From Octopus sinensis (Eukaryota), in assembly GCF_006345805.1 (NCBI RefSeq), contig NC_043001.1, forward strand, positions 104,160,001 through 104,224,000: DNA of 64,000 nt, read 5' to 3'. This document shows, piece after piece, positions 24,245 through 36,641 of this stretch; position 1 is the first letter of the stretch; the number at the start of each line of letters is the position of its first letter. The position numbers and the translations under genes are program-made. The notes beneath the pieces are model-generated. The model was not told the origin of the DNA and did not search any database. It saw nothing but the letters and a program-made list of their open reading frames with translations.

Positions 24245-25430
24245 TTGTTGTTGTTGTTTTTATATGTTTGAGTTTTCCTTTGTATTTGTACAAGTTGGCT
24301 CCAAGTCTCGCCCAGAGACCTCAAGAGACAAGTTAGAAGTTCATGTTGGTGTTATGCCTAGGCTGTCATATATTTGGTCTTGCACATGTATTATTCAAGA
24401 GAATGCTTTAGAAAAAAGAAAATTATGAGTTTGTTTTAAATTTTAAAATTACATAGACAGTATTTTACGTAGGATATGGGCAGTTCCCATGAGCGCTATC
24501 TTTCGAATTTCTGCCAGTTTTGGATTTCCTGGTATCTGAGCTAGGTAGCAATCAGCCCCTTTTGCTATCGTTCCTGAGGCATCTATGACAACAGGTATTA
24601 TTTTAGTCTTGAGCTTCCACATTTTTCCAATTTCTATCTCAAGATCTTTATATTTGCTCAGCTTTTGGTAGGTCTTGACGGATACATTTATGTCGATTGG
24701 GACAGTCATACCGATAAGGAGGTATGATTTTTGCCTGAAATCTTTCAATATAATGTCTGGCCTATTCGCATCTATATTTCTGTCAATTTGAACAATGAAG
24801 TTCCAAAGGAGTGAGATGTGATCATTTTCAAGCACTGGGGGAGGTTTGTATTCCTACCAGTCTTTATCATGGGGCAGGTTCAAGTCTTTACAAATTACCC
24901 AGCGAATATACTGAGCTGCTCTATTTTGCCTCTTGAGATACTCTGTAGGCGCAAGAAGACTGCGCATGGAGTCAGCATGATCAATTTTTCATTTTGTTGT
25001 TGACATACACGACATGTTGGGCTACTGCCGTTCTATAATATGTTGGACTGTTAGCTCCTTCAAAGTAGACATTGATCTTAGGCTGCTTTGATAAACCCAT
25101 CTGTCTCTGTTTTAAGCCAGAAGACACTAACCATTGATGAGTAAGGGCTTTATTATTAGCTCTCTTTGGGTATTTGCCATTCAGAGGTTTTTCTTGCCAT
25201 TTATCAATAAGAATATATTAAGCAGGAGTTTTAGCACGGATTTTCATACGCTTGGCTTTTTCTTTGCTTGTTTCCAGTACGTCTAGTTCTGGGATTTTTG
25301 TATTTGGAATTCACTTAGATATTCCTTTGCTTGTTTTGTTACTGAGTATGATGCTTTCTTGTTTATATGCTTTAAGACAAGTTTTATCATCCAACCATCA
25401 GGGCTTTTTTAGGTAGGTGTTTAACAGAGG
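24245..25430 (-). mobile_element. Second R4/Dong-type LINE 3' part with 3' UTR and (AAC)n tail
   Basis: QWLVSSGLKTETDGFIKAA*DQ, CRVCQQQNEKIDH, LLWNF..Q.DRNIDANRPDII, KYKDLEIEI.KMW, IIPVVI...G, ALMGTAHILRKILSM*. Confidence 0.9.
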
Positions 25431-26459
25431 TAAGAATATTTCAAGATTAGAAACAAGTAAATAATATTCACGATTCACGAATGCAAAAACAATAACCTAA
25501 ACAACGGAACGGGGAGTTTCTATTTCCATTTGGCCGGTGAAAATGCATCAAATGTAAAACAAAATGCAATAATGTTCAGATAATAGACTCCAGAGGCCAA
25601 CGTTTGTACACTGAAGACTAGGGAAATCCTTCGTAAGAAAGTTAACCAAACAGAGATGAGATCTATATATGCCTGGTTTCAAGATCCCTAGATCTGGGAA
25701 GTACTCATTCGCTCTTGTTATTTTTGTTCTTCTTTTTCCTAATAAGGGGACATTCAATGAAGTCTTTTGTGCATCGCCTGATTTCAAGGAAGAACAGTGA
25801 CATCTATCGAACACTATCAAGCCGCTTCATATGATCGTGAAAGCTATTTTCGAAACAAAGTGTTTCTCATTCAAAGAACATTCACTTTCCAATTGGATGA
25901 ATACAAGTTTTTGCTTAGCTTGAGAATCGCGATTATCTTGGATCAGAAAAACAGATTAATATTAAATGTAAATCGCATCCAGGACAGTTTCCAATAGCTG
26001 GTTGTGCGAGTTTTATCCTTCCATAGAAGAGTGATGGTCCATTTGCTTCAGTCGAATTGGTTAGATTGCATTCAAGCAGATATAGAATCAGATAAGAATG
26101 AAACAGGATAACCACAATTTCTAGATTATTTCTGTGATGATCACAAGATCAATACCTACACAGTTATTTTAAATAAATAGTCTAGGAAAAAAAACATTAG
26201 TTTTTTGGGTGCATGACCCATCTTAGCTAGTACTGAAGAAGCTACTATAGGTCAGATTACATATCGTGGTTGTTGTTATGATTGATAGATACAAGTAGAA
26301 GAGAAATCGATCTTGTTTTAAATTCCGAGGACATTTAGACTGGGTTCGCTAGATACTGGCCCACCAGAAGCAGATTTGATTGAAAAAGTTTTAGAAGCTT
26401 TTGCAAATGGCGACAGGAGCAAATTCCTCGGCAAATTTAAAGGGTGTCTTTAGTCTTTA

Positions 26460-26733
26460 ATCATTATCTTTTATTTGTTTCAGTTATTAGACTGCGGTCA
26501 TGCTGGAGCAACGCTTTGAAGAATTCTAGTTGAAAGAATCGACCCCATTACTCATCTGCTTTTAAGCCTGGTACTTATTCTAACCGCTATGTTACGGGAA
26601 CGTAAACACACCAACACCGGTGTTCACGCGATGGATAGCAGCAGAGACAAACACACGGGTGCACACACACACACACGCACACGCACATACACACCCGCAC
26701 ATACATATATAATTACACACATACATATATACA

Positions 26734-26765
<32 letters not shown>

Positions 26766-26936
26766 CGATGGGCTTCTTACAGTTTCCGTCTAATAAATGC
26801 ATCCACAAGTGTCTGGTCGACCGGAGTCTATAGTAGAAGATACTTGCCCAAGGTACCTAGATGTCACGCAGTGGTACTGAACCCGGAACCATGGGGCTGG
26901 AAATAAAACCTTTTACCACACAGCCACGCCTGCGCC
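26460..26936 (-). mobile_element. SINE family A, full length
   Basis: All three blocks present in reverse complement. Confidence 0.8.
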
Positions 26937-27137
26937 AATTCCGAAGTAAAATACGATGTATTTTGAGCTTTGTAGGCTCGGTGTGGCCTCTCTCAGATAT
27001 GGATGAGGTTTGCCTCGCCTCAGCATGGTCTCTGTTAGATTTTAGTTTGCTTATGGTGACTCATTCGAATGTTGACAGAAATTTGGTGGCTGTGGGCTTA
27101 AAGCTAACGATCATCCGATCATCGTTAGAAGTGAAGA

Positions 27138-27289
27138 TTTACATTATTTACATTATTTATATTTGACGGATATTTGTCCTCATCTTGTTTGTTGTTAACA
27201 CAACGTTTCGGCTGATATACCTTCCAGCCTTCATCAGGTATCTTGGGGAAATTTCGAACCTGGGTTCTCATTCCTAAGGTATTTTTCGA
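27138..27289 (-). mobile_element. Hammerhead-containing SINE tail (same family as 20530-20726)
   Basis: TCGAAAAATACCTTAGGAATGAGAACCCAGGTTCGAAATTTCCCCAAG, hammerhead, then the AATGTAAATAATGTAAA tail. Confidence 0.85.
27197..27242 (-). ncRNA. Minimal hammerhead ribozyme motif
   Basis: GATAC CTGATGA A GGCTG gaaggtatat CAGCC GAAA CG TT GTGTT; palindrome AACGTT, GUU site, 5 bp stem I with GU pairs. Confidence 0.75.
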
Positions 27290-27358
27290 GACGTAAACAC
27301 AGCAACATCGGTTGTCAAGCGATGTTGGGGTGTACAAAGACATACAAACATACATATA

Positions 27359-27400
<42 letters not shown>

Positions 27401-27566
27401 TACGACGGGCTTCTTTCAGTTTCCATCTACCAAATCCACTCACAAGGCTTTGGTTGGCCCGAGGCTATAGTAGAAAACACTTGCCCAAGGTGCCACGCAG
27501 TGGGACTGAACCCGGAACCATGTGGTTGGTAAGCAAGCTACTTACCACACAGCCACTCCTGCGCCT
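27290..27566 (-). mobile_element. SINE family A, 5' two-thirds, contiguous with the hammerhead tail
   Basis: Intact head AGGCGCAGGAGTGGCTGTGTGG; stops at GTGTTTACGTC. Confidence 0.85.
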
Positions 27567-27927
27567 TATATACAATAAAAGTTTTGTAGCTCATACAAAC
27601 TGTTTTCATACAAGTTGTAATGTGATCAGCCTTCATTTACGAGATGAATTTAAAAACGAGTTGTGAAGATTAGAAATTATTGATATTATTACCTCGTCAG
27701 ATGTAAAGCCTTGCCTATGGACTAATAAATAAAAAGACATTGGTCTCTCTGAATGTACTTTAATTACTAGGTACATTTAAATTCATGTATTGACAAATAT
27801 TCTTTTCCCAAGCCATCAACTGACACAATCTTCTGCGATATGACAAATGCAAAAGTTTCCTCCATGTTAGATTTAAAGCATGCATAAAGACAAATGCCTT
27901 TAGATGAGAACGTGCGGCGTATTTCTG

Positions 27928-28485
27928 GTAGCTGGATTTATCTCAAAATGCACGCTTGTTTATATGGCTAGCGGGGGAGGTAGCTGGATTTATTTCAAAA
28001 TGCACGCTTGTTTATATGGCTAGCGGGGGATGTAGCTGGATTTATCTCAAAATGCACGCTTGTTTATATGGCTAGCGGGGGATGTAGCTGGATTTATTTC
28101 AAAATGCACACTTGTTTATATGGCTAGCGGGGGATGTAGCTGGATTTATCTCAAAATGCACGCTTGTTTATATGGCTAGCGGGGGAGGTAGCTGGATTTA
28201 TTTCAAAATGCACGCTTGTTTATATGGCTAGCGGGGGATGTAGCTGGATTTATTTCAAAATGCACGCTTGTTTATATGGCTAGCGGGGGATGTAGCTGGA
28301 TTTATCTCAAAATGCACGCTTGTTTATATGGCTAGCGGGGGAGGTAGCTGGATTTATCTCAAAATGCACGCTTGTTTATATGGCTAGCGGGGGAGGTGGC
28401 CGGATTTATTTCAAAATGCACGCTTGTTTATATGGCTAGCGGGGGATGTAGCTGGATTTATTTCAAAATGCACGCTTGTTTATAT
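27928..28485. repeat. 52 bp minisatellite, about 10.7 copies
   Basis: Unit GTAGCTGGATTTATYTCAAAATGCACGCTTGTTTATATGGCTAGCGGGGGAK; starts at 27928, 27980 ... 28448. Confidence 0.95.
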
Positions 28486-28672
28486 CGCAAGCCATATAAC
28501 CAAGAGTGCATTCTGTATTAAAAAACAAAATCTACATGACAGTTTCTCTCGTGGTATCTACCGCAGTGTAGTTTGTTCTAACAGAACATCCACGATTAAG
28601 TGGCGATAAATGCTGAGTCTCGATTTCAACAGAAAGCATATTCCTAGCAAGAGTATTCTACACAATGATGTT

Positions 28673-28915
28673 AACATACCTATCTCTTTACTACCCACAA
28701 GGGGCTAAACACAGAGAGGACAAACAAGGACAGACAAACGGATTAAGTCGATTATATCGACCCCACTGCGTAACTACTACTTAATTTATCGACCCCGAAA
28801 GGATGAAAGGCAAAGTCGACCACGGCGGAATTTGAACTCAGAACGTAGCAGCAGACGAAATACTGCTAAATATTTCGCCCGGGGTGTTAACGTTTCTGCC
28901 AGCTCGCCGCCTTTA
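28673..28915 (-). mobile_element. SINE family B, full length
   Basis: GGCGGCGAGCTGGCAGAAACG head, GAGTTCAAATTCC B box, GCCTTTCATCCTTTCGGGGTCGATAAATTAAGTA block (resembles the Meta/MESC domain as recalled, unverified). Confidence 0.85.
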
Positions 28916-29953
28916 ATGATGCTAACATATAACGGGCGCACGCACGCACGCATGCACGCACGCACGCATGCACGCACGCGCGCGCGTGCGCACACACACA
29001 CACACACACACACACATAAACACACGCACGCGCCTTATTTTGACGTTGACATAGTTCTTAGCTGCAATAAAATGACAACCAATACATCCTTTAAAACCCT
29101 TGTTTTAGGTTTTTATTCAGCCGAATGTCAAATCTTTCCCAGTTTTATTCGACTTTGACTTAATCGCTTCATGGTTTTCTCACTTTTTGAAATATATTGT
29201 TGAAATGCTTGAAAAAAGAGAATGAAATGTTGAAAAAAAGAATGAGTTCCAACTATTTATAATTAACTTATCAAAAAAAAAAAGGAATAGTTGGGGTTTT
29301 TTATAGTCATTGGTTGTTTTTGTTTTGCTTTTGCTTCGTTGTTGTTGGGTTTTTAGTTTTGTTTTTTGTGTGTGTTTTTGTGGTGGTGGGGAGGGGGGTT
29401 CTAATTCTGAATCAACGATTTTAAGATGAGACACGAGGAAGAATAAAGAATGAGGGAAAAAAAAAAAGAAAATGAACTATTTTGAAAGCTAAAGTAGATC
29501 AAAAATTGATTGGTATTCTAAGAATCTTCAGAAGATATTTCATAAATATGGAATAACGAAAACTGCTCGTTTTCGTTTTTCTTTTTGCTTTATTGAGCCA
29601 ATTATGATCTGTCATAGGCTGAACATTTTTTTCATACTCGCTGCGCCATCCAATTTTCTAAAAATAACTACATTGCTTTAATTCTTCGTGTAGGATCTTG
29701 ATAGTCCGTGCAATTACATCACACGGTTCACATAAGCATTTGTGTTTCCTGTAGTTGCTCTATTTTATTTGATATTTTACACCAGCGATTCTTAATCAGA
29801 TAGGATATGAATGAAGAATAATTCAATGAGTTTACTGTAAAACTGCGTTAAAAAATTTGCATTTAAAATTAAATTAAAATTGGTATCATATATCTGAAAC
29901 ATTTTGGAACAGCAAATCGAGAGGCGCTATTGTTTACGATATAGCAGAAAGAC

Positions 29954-30325
29954 AGGGGCAAGCGTGGCTGTGTGGTAAAAGGTTTGCTTGCCAAACACAT
30001 GTTTCCGGGTTCGATCCCACTGCGTGGCACCTTGGGCAAGTGTCTTATTCTATAGCCTATGACTAACCAAAGCCTTGTGAGTGGATTTGGTAGACGGAAA
30101 CTGAAATGAATTCGTCGTGTGTGTGTGTTTGTCTCCCACCACCGCTCGACAACAGATGTTGGTGTGTTTACGTTCCTGTAACTTAGCGGTTTGGCAAAAT
30201 AGACGGATAGAATAAGTACCAGGCTTTAATAAAATAAGTAATGGGGTCGATTCATTCAACTAAAAAATTCTTCAAGGCAGTGCCTCAGTATGGCCGCTGT
30301 CTAAGGACTGAAGCAATAAAAGATG
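29954..30325 (+). mobile_element. SINE family A, full length
   Basis: Head with GGTTCGATCCC B box, central block and tail. Confidence 0.8.
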
Positions 30326-30409
30326 AAAGATTCGTATATATGTGTGATCACGTGATCGCGTGTCTCCCCTTTCTTATCATTCTCTCTCTCTCTTTCTCTC
30401 TCCTTCTCT

Positions 30410-30446
<37 letters not shown>

Positions 30447-31269
30447 CTGTAGTTTCTGCCTATCTACTCTTCCTAGCTTTGTACTTCCTGCTTCCTCACT
30501 GGCCACAGATCTTTCATTCACATATCATCTCAACAAACGAGCACAGCGTACCCTTCTATTTTGATATTTTCTTGAAGAAAATATCTCCAACTAACTAATG
30601 CTTTATTTGTATCGGACAATATTTGTTTTATTTAATTTCACCAAAAGTCAACTTACAGTTTTCTTTTTCCTATCGTAGTTCCTAATCTAAGTCACACTTC
30701 CTTTCCCTCTTCTTACATTTTCTCTCCCATTCTCTATGATTCTATTCTATGTTTTTCGTCCTTTATGTCTTGTCTGCACTGTTCCAGTTGTCTAACAAAT
30801 ACAATAATTGTTGATGCCAGTAAGTTAGCAGTCCTTTCTCTAGACGTTGAAACTGCCAGAGTTCATAACGACATAGCAGACGAGGGTTAATTTTTTTATG
30901 ATTTTGCTTTTTCTTGTAATTCTGTTTATGTGCTTTTATAATTTGTGGTCATTCTGTATATATGAAGACATATGATGGATAGGATGTTTCACACACGATT
31001 GCGAGATCGGGGTTTCAACTCATGGACTGGGTGATGCATTGTGTTCTTGAGCAAAACACTTCATCTCACGTTGCTCTGCGATCACTTGGACACGTGACAC
31101 GTGGTACAACGTGCAACTGTTCAGATGATGCCTATTTGATGGAGAGAGTGGGGTAATGTATAGCGCATACATTTGATCACTATAAACGAAACATTTGTGC
31201 GGGTTGATCAACAAAAAAGTGCAGAACCGCCTTTCTCGGACTACGAGAGACTACCATCGTGTGTGTGTG

Positions 31270-31358
<89 letters not shown>

Positions 31359-31399
31359 GTTTATATTTATATGTGTGTGTTCCGAAGGTGGTCAGAGGT

Positions 31400-33420
31400 T
31401 TGCTCCGGAATATCTGTTAGTTCAGAACAAGTCACGATATACTATCACGCCATGGAATGGAAATCTCTGGAGATTTGGATTCCTACAGGCTGTAATGCTT
31501 TTACCACTCCTCTGTGTGATGGGGGGTGAACGTTTTAATACGTTGAGTGGCTGAGTATACCGAAGGATTGCAGAACTTCTGGAGAAGTTTACGTCGCCTT
31601 CAGAGAGGATTTTCATGGATAGTTTGGCGTTGTGTCAAACCAAAAAGTGCAATTGAAGGATGCTTCAGAAATCTTGAGGAGCTGATACTACGGATGTCAA
31701 TGAAGTTCAATACAAAGAACAGCTGGATCGTGTCCCTTGAGAAAGGTAAGGTGTCACGAAATGGATCCGAAGCAAACTTTAAAAAACATCCCAATGGTTC
31801 TGGAACAGAAACTGAAAAGGTCAAACGTTTGTTCGTGGTCAGTCTAAATGTTAAACATTGTGGTGTAAAGATTCAAGATCAAATGAGAGAGTGTCTCCTA
31901 CGAAAAATGATGTAACATCGATTCCTGAAATGGCACAGCTGTGGTGGTGACAATTTAGAGTTACAGTCAAACATTGTATGACAACTCTTTCTATACAAGG
32001 TTGCAGTCACAAGGGTTGAGCTCGGATACAAACTAACTAAAGGAGCGAGATTCTTTTGTCTACGAAACAGTGGCTCAGTGTGTTGAGTCGAAAGGGTATG
32101 AGAGACTTAATGGTGGAAGTTGTGAAAAAAAGAAGGGTTTGACCATATTCAGAAGTTCAGTGAGCATGGGTAGAGAGGCGAAATGGATCAGAAGTGCATT
32201 TCGTCGGCAGGGTCCATCCGGTTTGTAAGTGCTTCCACATTTGAGGTGTTGCCAGCTCCAGGATATCTTAAGTGATGAAGAACTGACAAAGGTGAAATGA
32301 GTAAGTTCCGTAGGAAGTCAAATAGGTTGCTGAAACAGGTGTTGTTTAGCTGGGCAGCAGTATTCATATATATAGCTTAAACATGGGGTCACGCTCAAGT
32401 GCTCCAGTAGCTCGTCGAGGTTACACGCAAGGTAGTGCAAAGAAACAAAGCAAAGGACAGCTGGATCGTGTCCCTTGAGAAAGGTAAGGTGTCACGCAAG
32501 GGATCCGAAGCAAACTGTAAAAACATTCCAAAGGTTTGTGGAACAGAAACTGAAAAGGACTAGAGCAGATAAAAAAAATATGAAACTTGAGAAGGAAAGG
32601 CAAAAGAAAAGCGATGGGAGATGTGTTGTGTCCCTTGGAGGTTTGGGTTGTTAGCAATGGCAAATAAGAGTGTTATGAGATGAGGCGTGGAGGCACAATG
32701 GCCCAGTGGTTAGGGCAGCGGACTCGCGGTCATAGGATCGCGGTTTGATTCCCAGACCGGGCGTTGTGAGTGTTTATTGAGCGAAAACACCTAAAAGCTC
32801 CACGAGGCTCCGGCAGGGGATGGTGGTGATCCCTGCTGTACTCTTTCACCACAACTTTCTCTCACTCTTACTTCCTGTTTCTGTTGTACCTGTATTTCAA
32901 GGGGCCGGCCTTGTCACTCTCTGTGTCACGCTGAATATCCTCGAGAACTACGTTAAGGGTGCACGTGTCTGTGGAGTGCTCAGTCACTTACACGTTAATT
33001 TCACGAGCAGGCTGTTCCGTTGATTCGGATCAACCGGAACCCTCATCGTCGTAACCGACGGAGTGCAAAGAGAGAGAGAGATGAGGATGAGAGGCAGAAG
33101 TTACCATTAGAAATTATGGATACAACTTTCTGACGTGATACGGTTATTATCTCAAAGGCATTACATTGTGTAGTCATCATGAAGTTGAATGTGTCGTTCG
33201 AGACAAGGATGGAGAAAGAGGGAGGAAGGGAAGAAAGGATACGGGAAGAATTAAAGGAATTGATGGCGGAGACTGGGCTGTGAATAATGGCGGTTCTGTG
33301 CAGGAGGTTTGCAGGGTTTACCTTTAAAAAATGAGTTGGACTTAGGATGAAGTGAGAAGAGTTTGGGGAACAACAAAAGTTGGTTTATGTTGAATAGACC
33401 AGAATTTGACGAACAATACA
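31400..33420 (-). mobile_element. Heavily decayed LINE RT remnant (Jockey/CR1-like) with partial internal duplication and SINE insert
   Basis: Weak minus-strand similarity to xADDxT and downstream RT C-terminal motifs; 31720-31820 is repeated at 32460-32558. Confidence 0.45.
32686..33077 (+). mobile_element. Young tRNA-headed SINE family C with target-site duplication
   Basis: A box TGGCCCAGTGG, B box GGTTTGATTCCC; flanked by GAGATGAGG at 32677-32685 and 33078-33086. Confidence 0.85.
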
Positions 33421-33565
33421 GCAAGAAGTACTGGGTTGGCTATCCCAACGTTGTACCGACCAGCCAGACGGAGATGAAGAGTATTAGATTATCGAAACAT
33501 CGATGTAATCTGGTTTTCTGATGATGATGAGCCTCCAGCGTTGGAAGATGGAGAATTTGCTGTTG

Positions 33566-33599
<34 letters not shown>

Positions 33600-33640
33600 A
33601 ATAGAAGTAGACAGTCAAAGAAATAGATAGAAAGACAGAG

Positions 33641-33715
<75 letters not shown>

Positions 33716-33725
33716 TGTGTGTGCG

Positions 33726-33769
<44 letters not shown>

Positions 33770-34428
33770 ATATATATATACAGGTATATATATGGATACA
33801 TATATGCATATATACATACATATATATGCATATATATATATATTAATGTAGTATATATATATATTATATCCATATATATATATGTATATACATATGTATG
33901 AATGTATTATATTCACATATATTTATATACATATATATCCACACATATCTATATATATATAAACATAAATACATATACATATACATAAACATGCATACAT
34001 ATATATATATATGTTAGCCTTACCTAGATCATTATAGCAATGTAATTATTTCACCAAATGTATCAGGAATGCATCCTCGAGCGAAAAAAGTCCACTGAAG
34101 CAAGAGACAAACATGGCTGAGTGTCATGTTGCTTGATGTTATTGAGTCTTTAATTGAATAAAAAAAACAGTTTGAGGCATATATTTCACATTTGCATGTA
34201 TACCATACATACAGACAGACATACATAAATACATATACATACATATATATATATAAATACATATATATGTATATGGGCGTGCGTGTGTGTATATATATAT
34301 ATACACACACACATATATGTATGTATGTATGTATCTACGTATGTATGTATGTATGTATGATGTATGTATGTATGTATGTATGTATGTCAATGTGTATATA
34401 TAAATACACACATAAGTATGCATATATA

Positions 34429-35978
34429 CAGTAGCGGCCATAATATAAGGGTCAGTAAGAACAAGTGTATTGAAATGGTTATTATAGAAGATTAACAACA
34501 CGTTGAGACGAGATATTTTTACACATATCCAGATATATTTAATATCTATCTTTCGTGGAAATTTCAAGTGAATGGAATAAATATTTAGGTAGTTATGAGG
34601 AAATAAACAAAGTCTTCCAAATTGCAGCGGCCAAAAGTTATAGGTCACTTAGAGAAAATGAACCACTAACCGAAGTATTTGTTGTTTAGAAGACTGTTAA
34701 TGGGCTCACAATTATTTCCTATGATCTTACATTGTTGGAACGTTCAACTGTCAACATGGTGGCTTGTGAGAGACGACCGGTGTCTTGTAATGAAAGATTG
34801 TGTGGCTTCACCACGAGGGCAAGTCAAATTCTGTGATAGCAACAACTACTGTTGAAGATCTAGAAGTGTTGTGCAACGAATTATAGCTCGTTTTAAATCA
34901 CCGGGATCAACAGATGCTAAATCTCAAACCGGTGGACCTCGTAAAACTTCACCAAGGCAGGATCGTATTATGGTTAGAATGTTACTGCACGATATGTTTA
35001 AGGGTGCTACTGAGATATTCCGCGAGTTCAGCTCCGCTTCCGATGTCAACGTATCGCGCAAAACAGTTTCTCGGAGGTTACGAGGTTCTGGGTTGCTTGT
35101 TCTGGCACCGGCAAAGAAACCTCTGATCTCCAAGAAGAATTAAAGAGCTCATTTTCGTTTCCCTCACTAACATGTGAATCGAAGAACAGTGAATCGAAGC
35201 TTAATGTGATTGGTTCCGATGTCAGGATGTACGTCCGACGAGGAAGTGGCGAAAGGTTATCTCGTACATGCGTGAAGAAAACAGTGAAATATGGAGGAGG
35301 CAGTGTAATGGTATGGGAATGATCTCTGCTGCTGGCCCTGGTCCACTTATTCGCCTACAAGGGACTGTCAACGCTGAAATCTACAAGCAAATTCTTAGAC
35401 AGCATGTCCTTCCACATCTCCGATCAGTTCCACCCCTTATCTTCGTGCAGGACAACTCTCCCTGTCACACTGCGAAGATAGTCAAAGATTTTTTGAGTGA
35501 TGAAGGGGTTGATCTCGTGGACTGGCCACCTCAAACTCAACCCTATAGAAAACGTTTGGAAGATTATTGGAGATGGGGTGCGAAGGAGAAATCCAAAGAG
35601 CCAATATGAACTCTTAGAATTATCGAAAACGAATGGAACAATATTACTCCACCATTTTGCAAGAAATCAATTCAGCCCTGTGATAACAGATGTCAGGAAG
35701 TCATTGATAGTAAAAGGATTCCACAAAATATATTAATAGTAAGGGTTTCTTTTTTGTTGTTTTTCCATTTTTCACTGCTTTTGTAAGTGAACTCTTGGTC
35801 GTTGTAGTTCGGAAGATTATTTGTTTCTTTCCTCATAAATATTTACGAAATATTTATTCTATTCACATGAAATTTTCACGAAAGATAGATATTAGATATA
35901 TTTAAATTTTGGTATCCTTCTATAATAAATATTTCAAAACACTTGTTCTTACTAACCCTTATCTTATGGCTGTAACTG
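34429..35978 (+). mobile_element. Full-length decayed Tc1-family transposon
   Basis: TA|CAGTAGCGGCCATAATATAAGGGTCAGTAAG ... CTTACTAACCCTTATCTTATGGCTGTAACTG|TA; transposase pieces GGPRKTS, KKPLISKKN, TVKYGGGSVMVWG, FVQDNSPCH, DWPPQ..LNPIENVW with stops and frameshifts. Confidence 0.92.
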
Positions 35979-35980
35979 TA

Positions 35981-36004
<24 letters not shown>

Positions 36005-36013
<9 letters not shown>

Positions 36014-36450
36014 TAAGAGAATGGTCACTATGTGGCTCATTCTAGCACTAGAAAATCCAAAAGGTTTCAACCACAAAAATACATGTTTCCCGTGAAAGTC
36101 AGTACGATTGTTAGCTCACACGAACAGGGCAAATAAAAAATAACAAAAATACAGATTATTTTGGGACAATTGTTTCGCTATTAATGAATTAAATGTAATT
36201 TTACTTACAAAAAACCCACTTGTAGCTCCTCGGCCAAAACGGGTTTTTGTAAGTAAAATTACATTTAATTCATTAATAGCGAAACAATTGTCCCAAAATA
36301 ATCTGTATTTTTGTTATTTTTTATTTGCCCTGTTCGTGTGAGCTAACAATCGTACTGACTTTCACGGGAAACATGTATTTTTGTGGTTGAAACCTTTTGG
36401 ATTTTCTAGTGCTAGAATGAGCCACATAGACCATTCTCTTATATTTATTT
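36005..36450. repeat. Near-perfect fold-back: arms of about 210 bp with a 23 nt spacer
   Basis: 36005-36217 vs 36241-36450; only two small indels seen; spacer ACTTGTAGCTCCTCGGCCAAAAC. Confidence 0.95.
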
Positions 36451-36563
36451 TTGTTAAAATATTATAATATATAATAAAATATTATAATAATCCAGGTTTC
36501 TCGAAGCACTGGGCCACTTGGTGTTGAATAGATATAGTATCTAATTCTCTCACCCTTATTAAT

Positions 36564-36600
<37 letters not shown>

Positions 36601-36641
36601 CATACGCACTTATACTCTCTCATACACACACACACACACTT

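Noticed and set aside
27575-27720. Further minus-strand hammerhead (CTGACGA ... GAAA)
   Set aside because: Could not build consistent stems I, II and III by eye
27928-28485. 52 bp array as a CRISPR array
   Set aside because: No unique spacers, no cas genes, eukaryotic context
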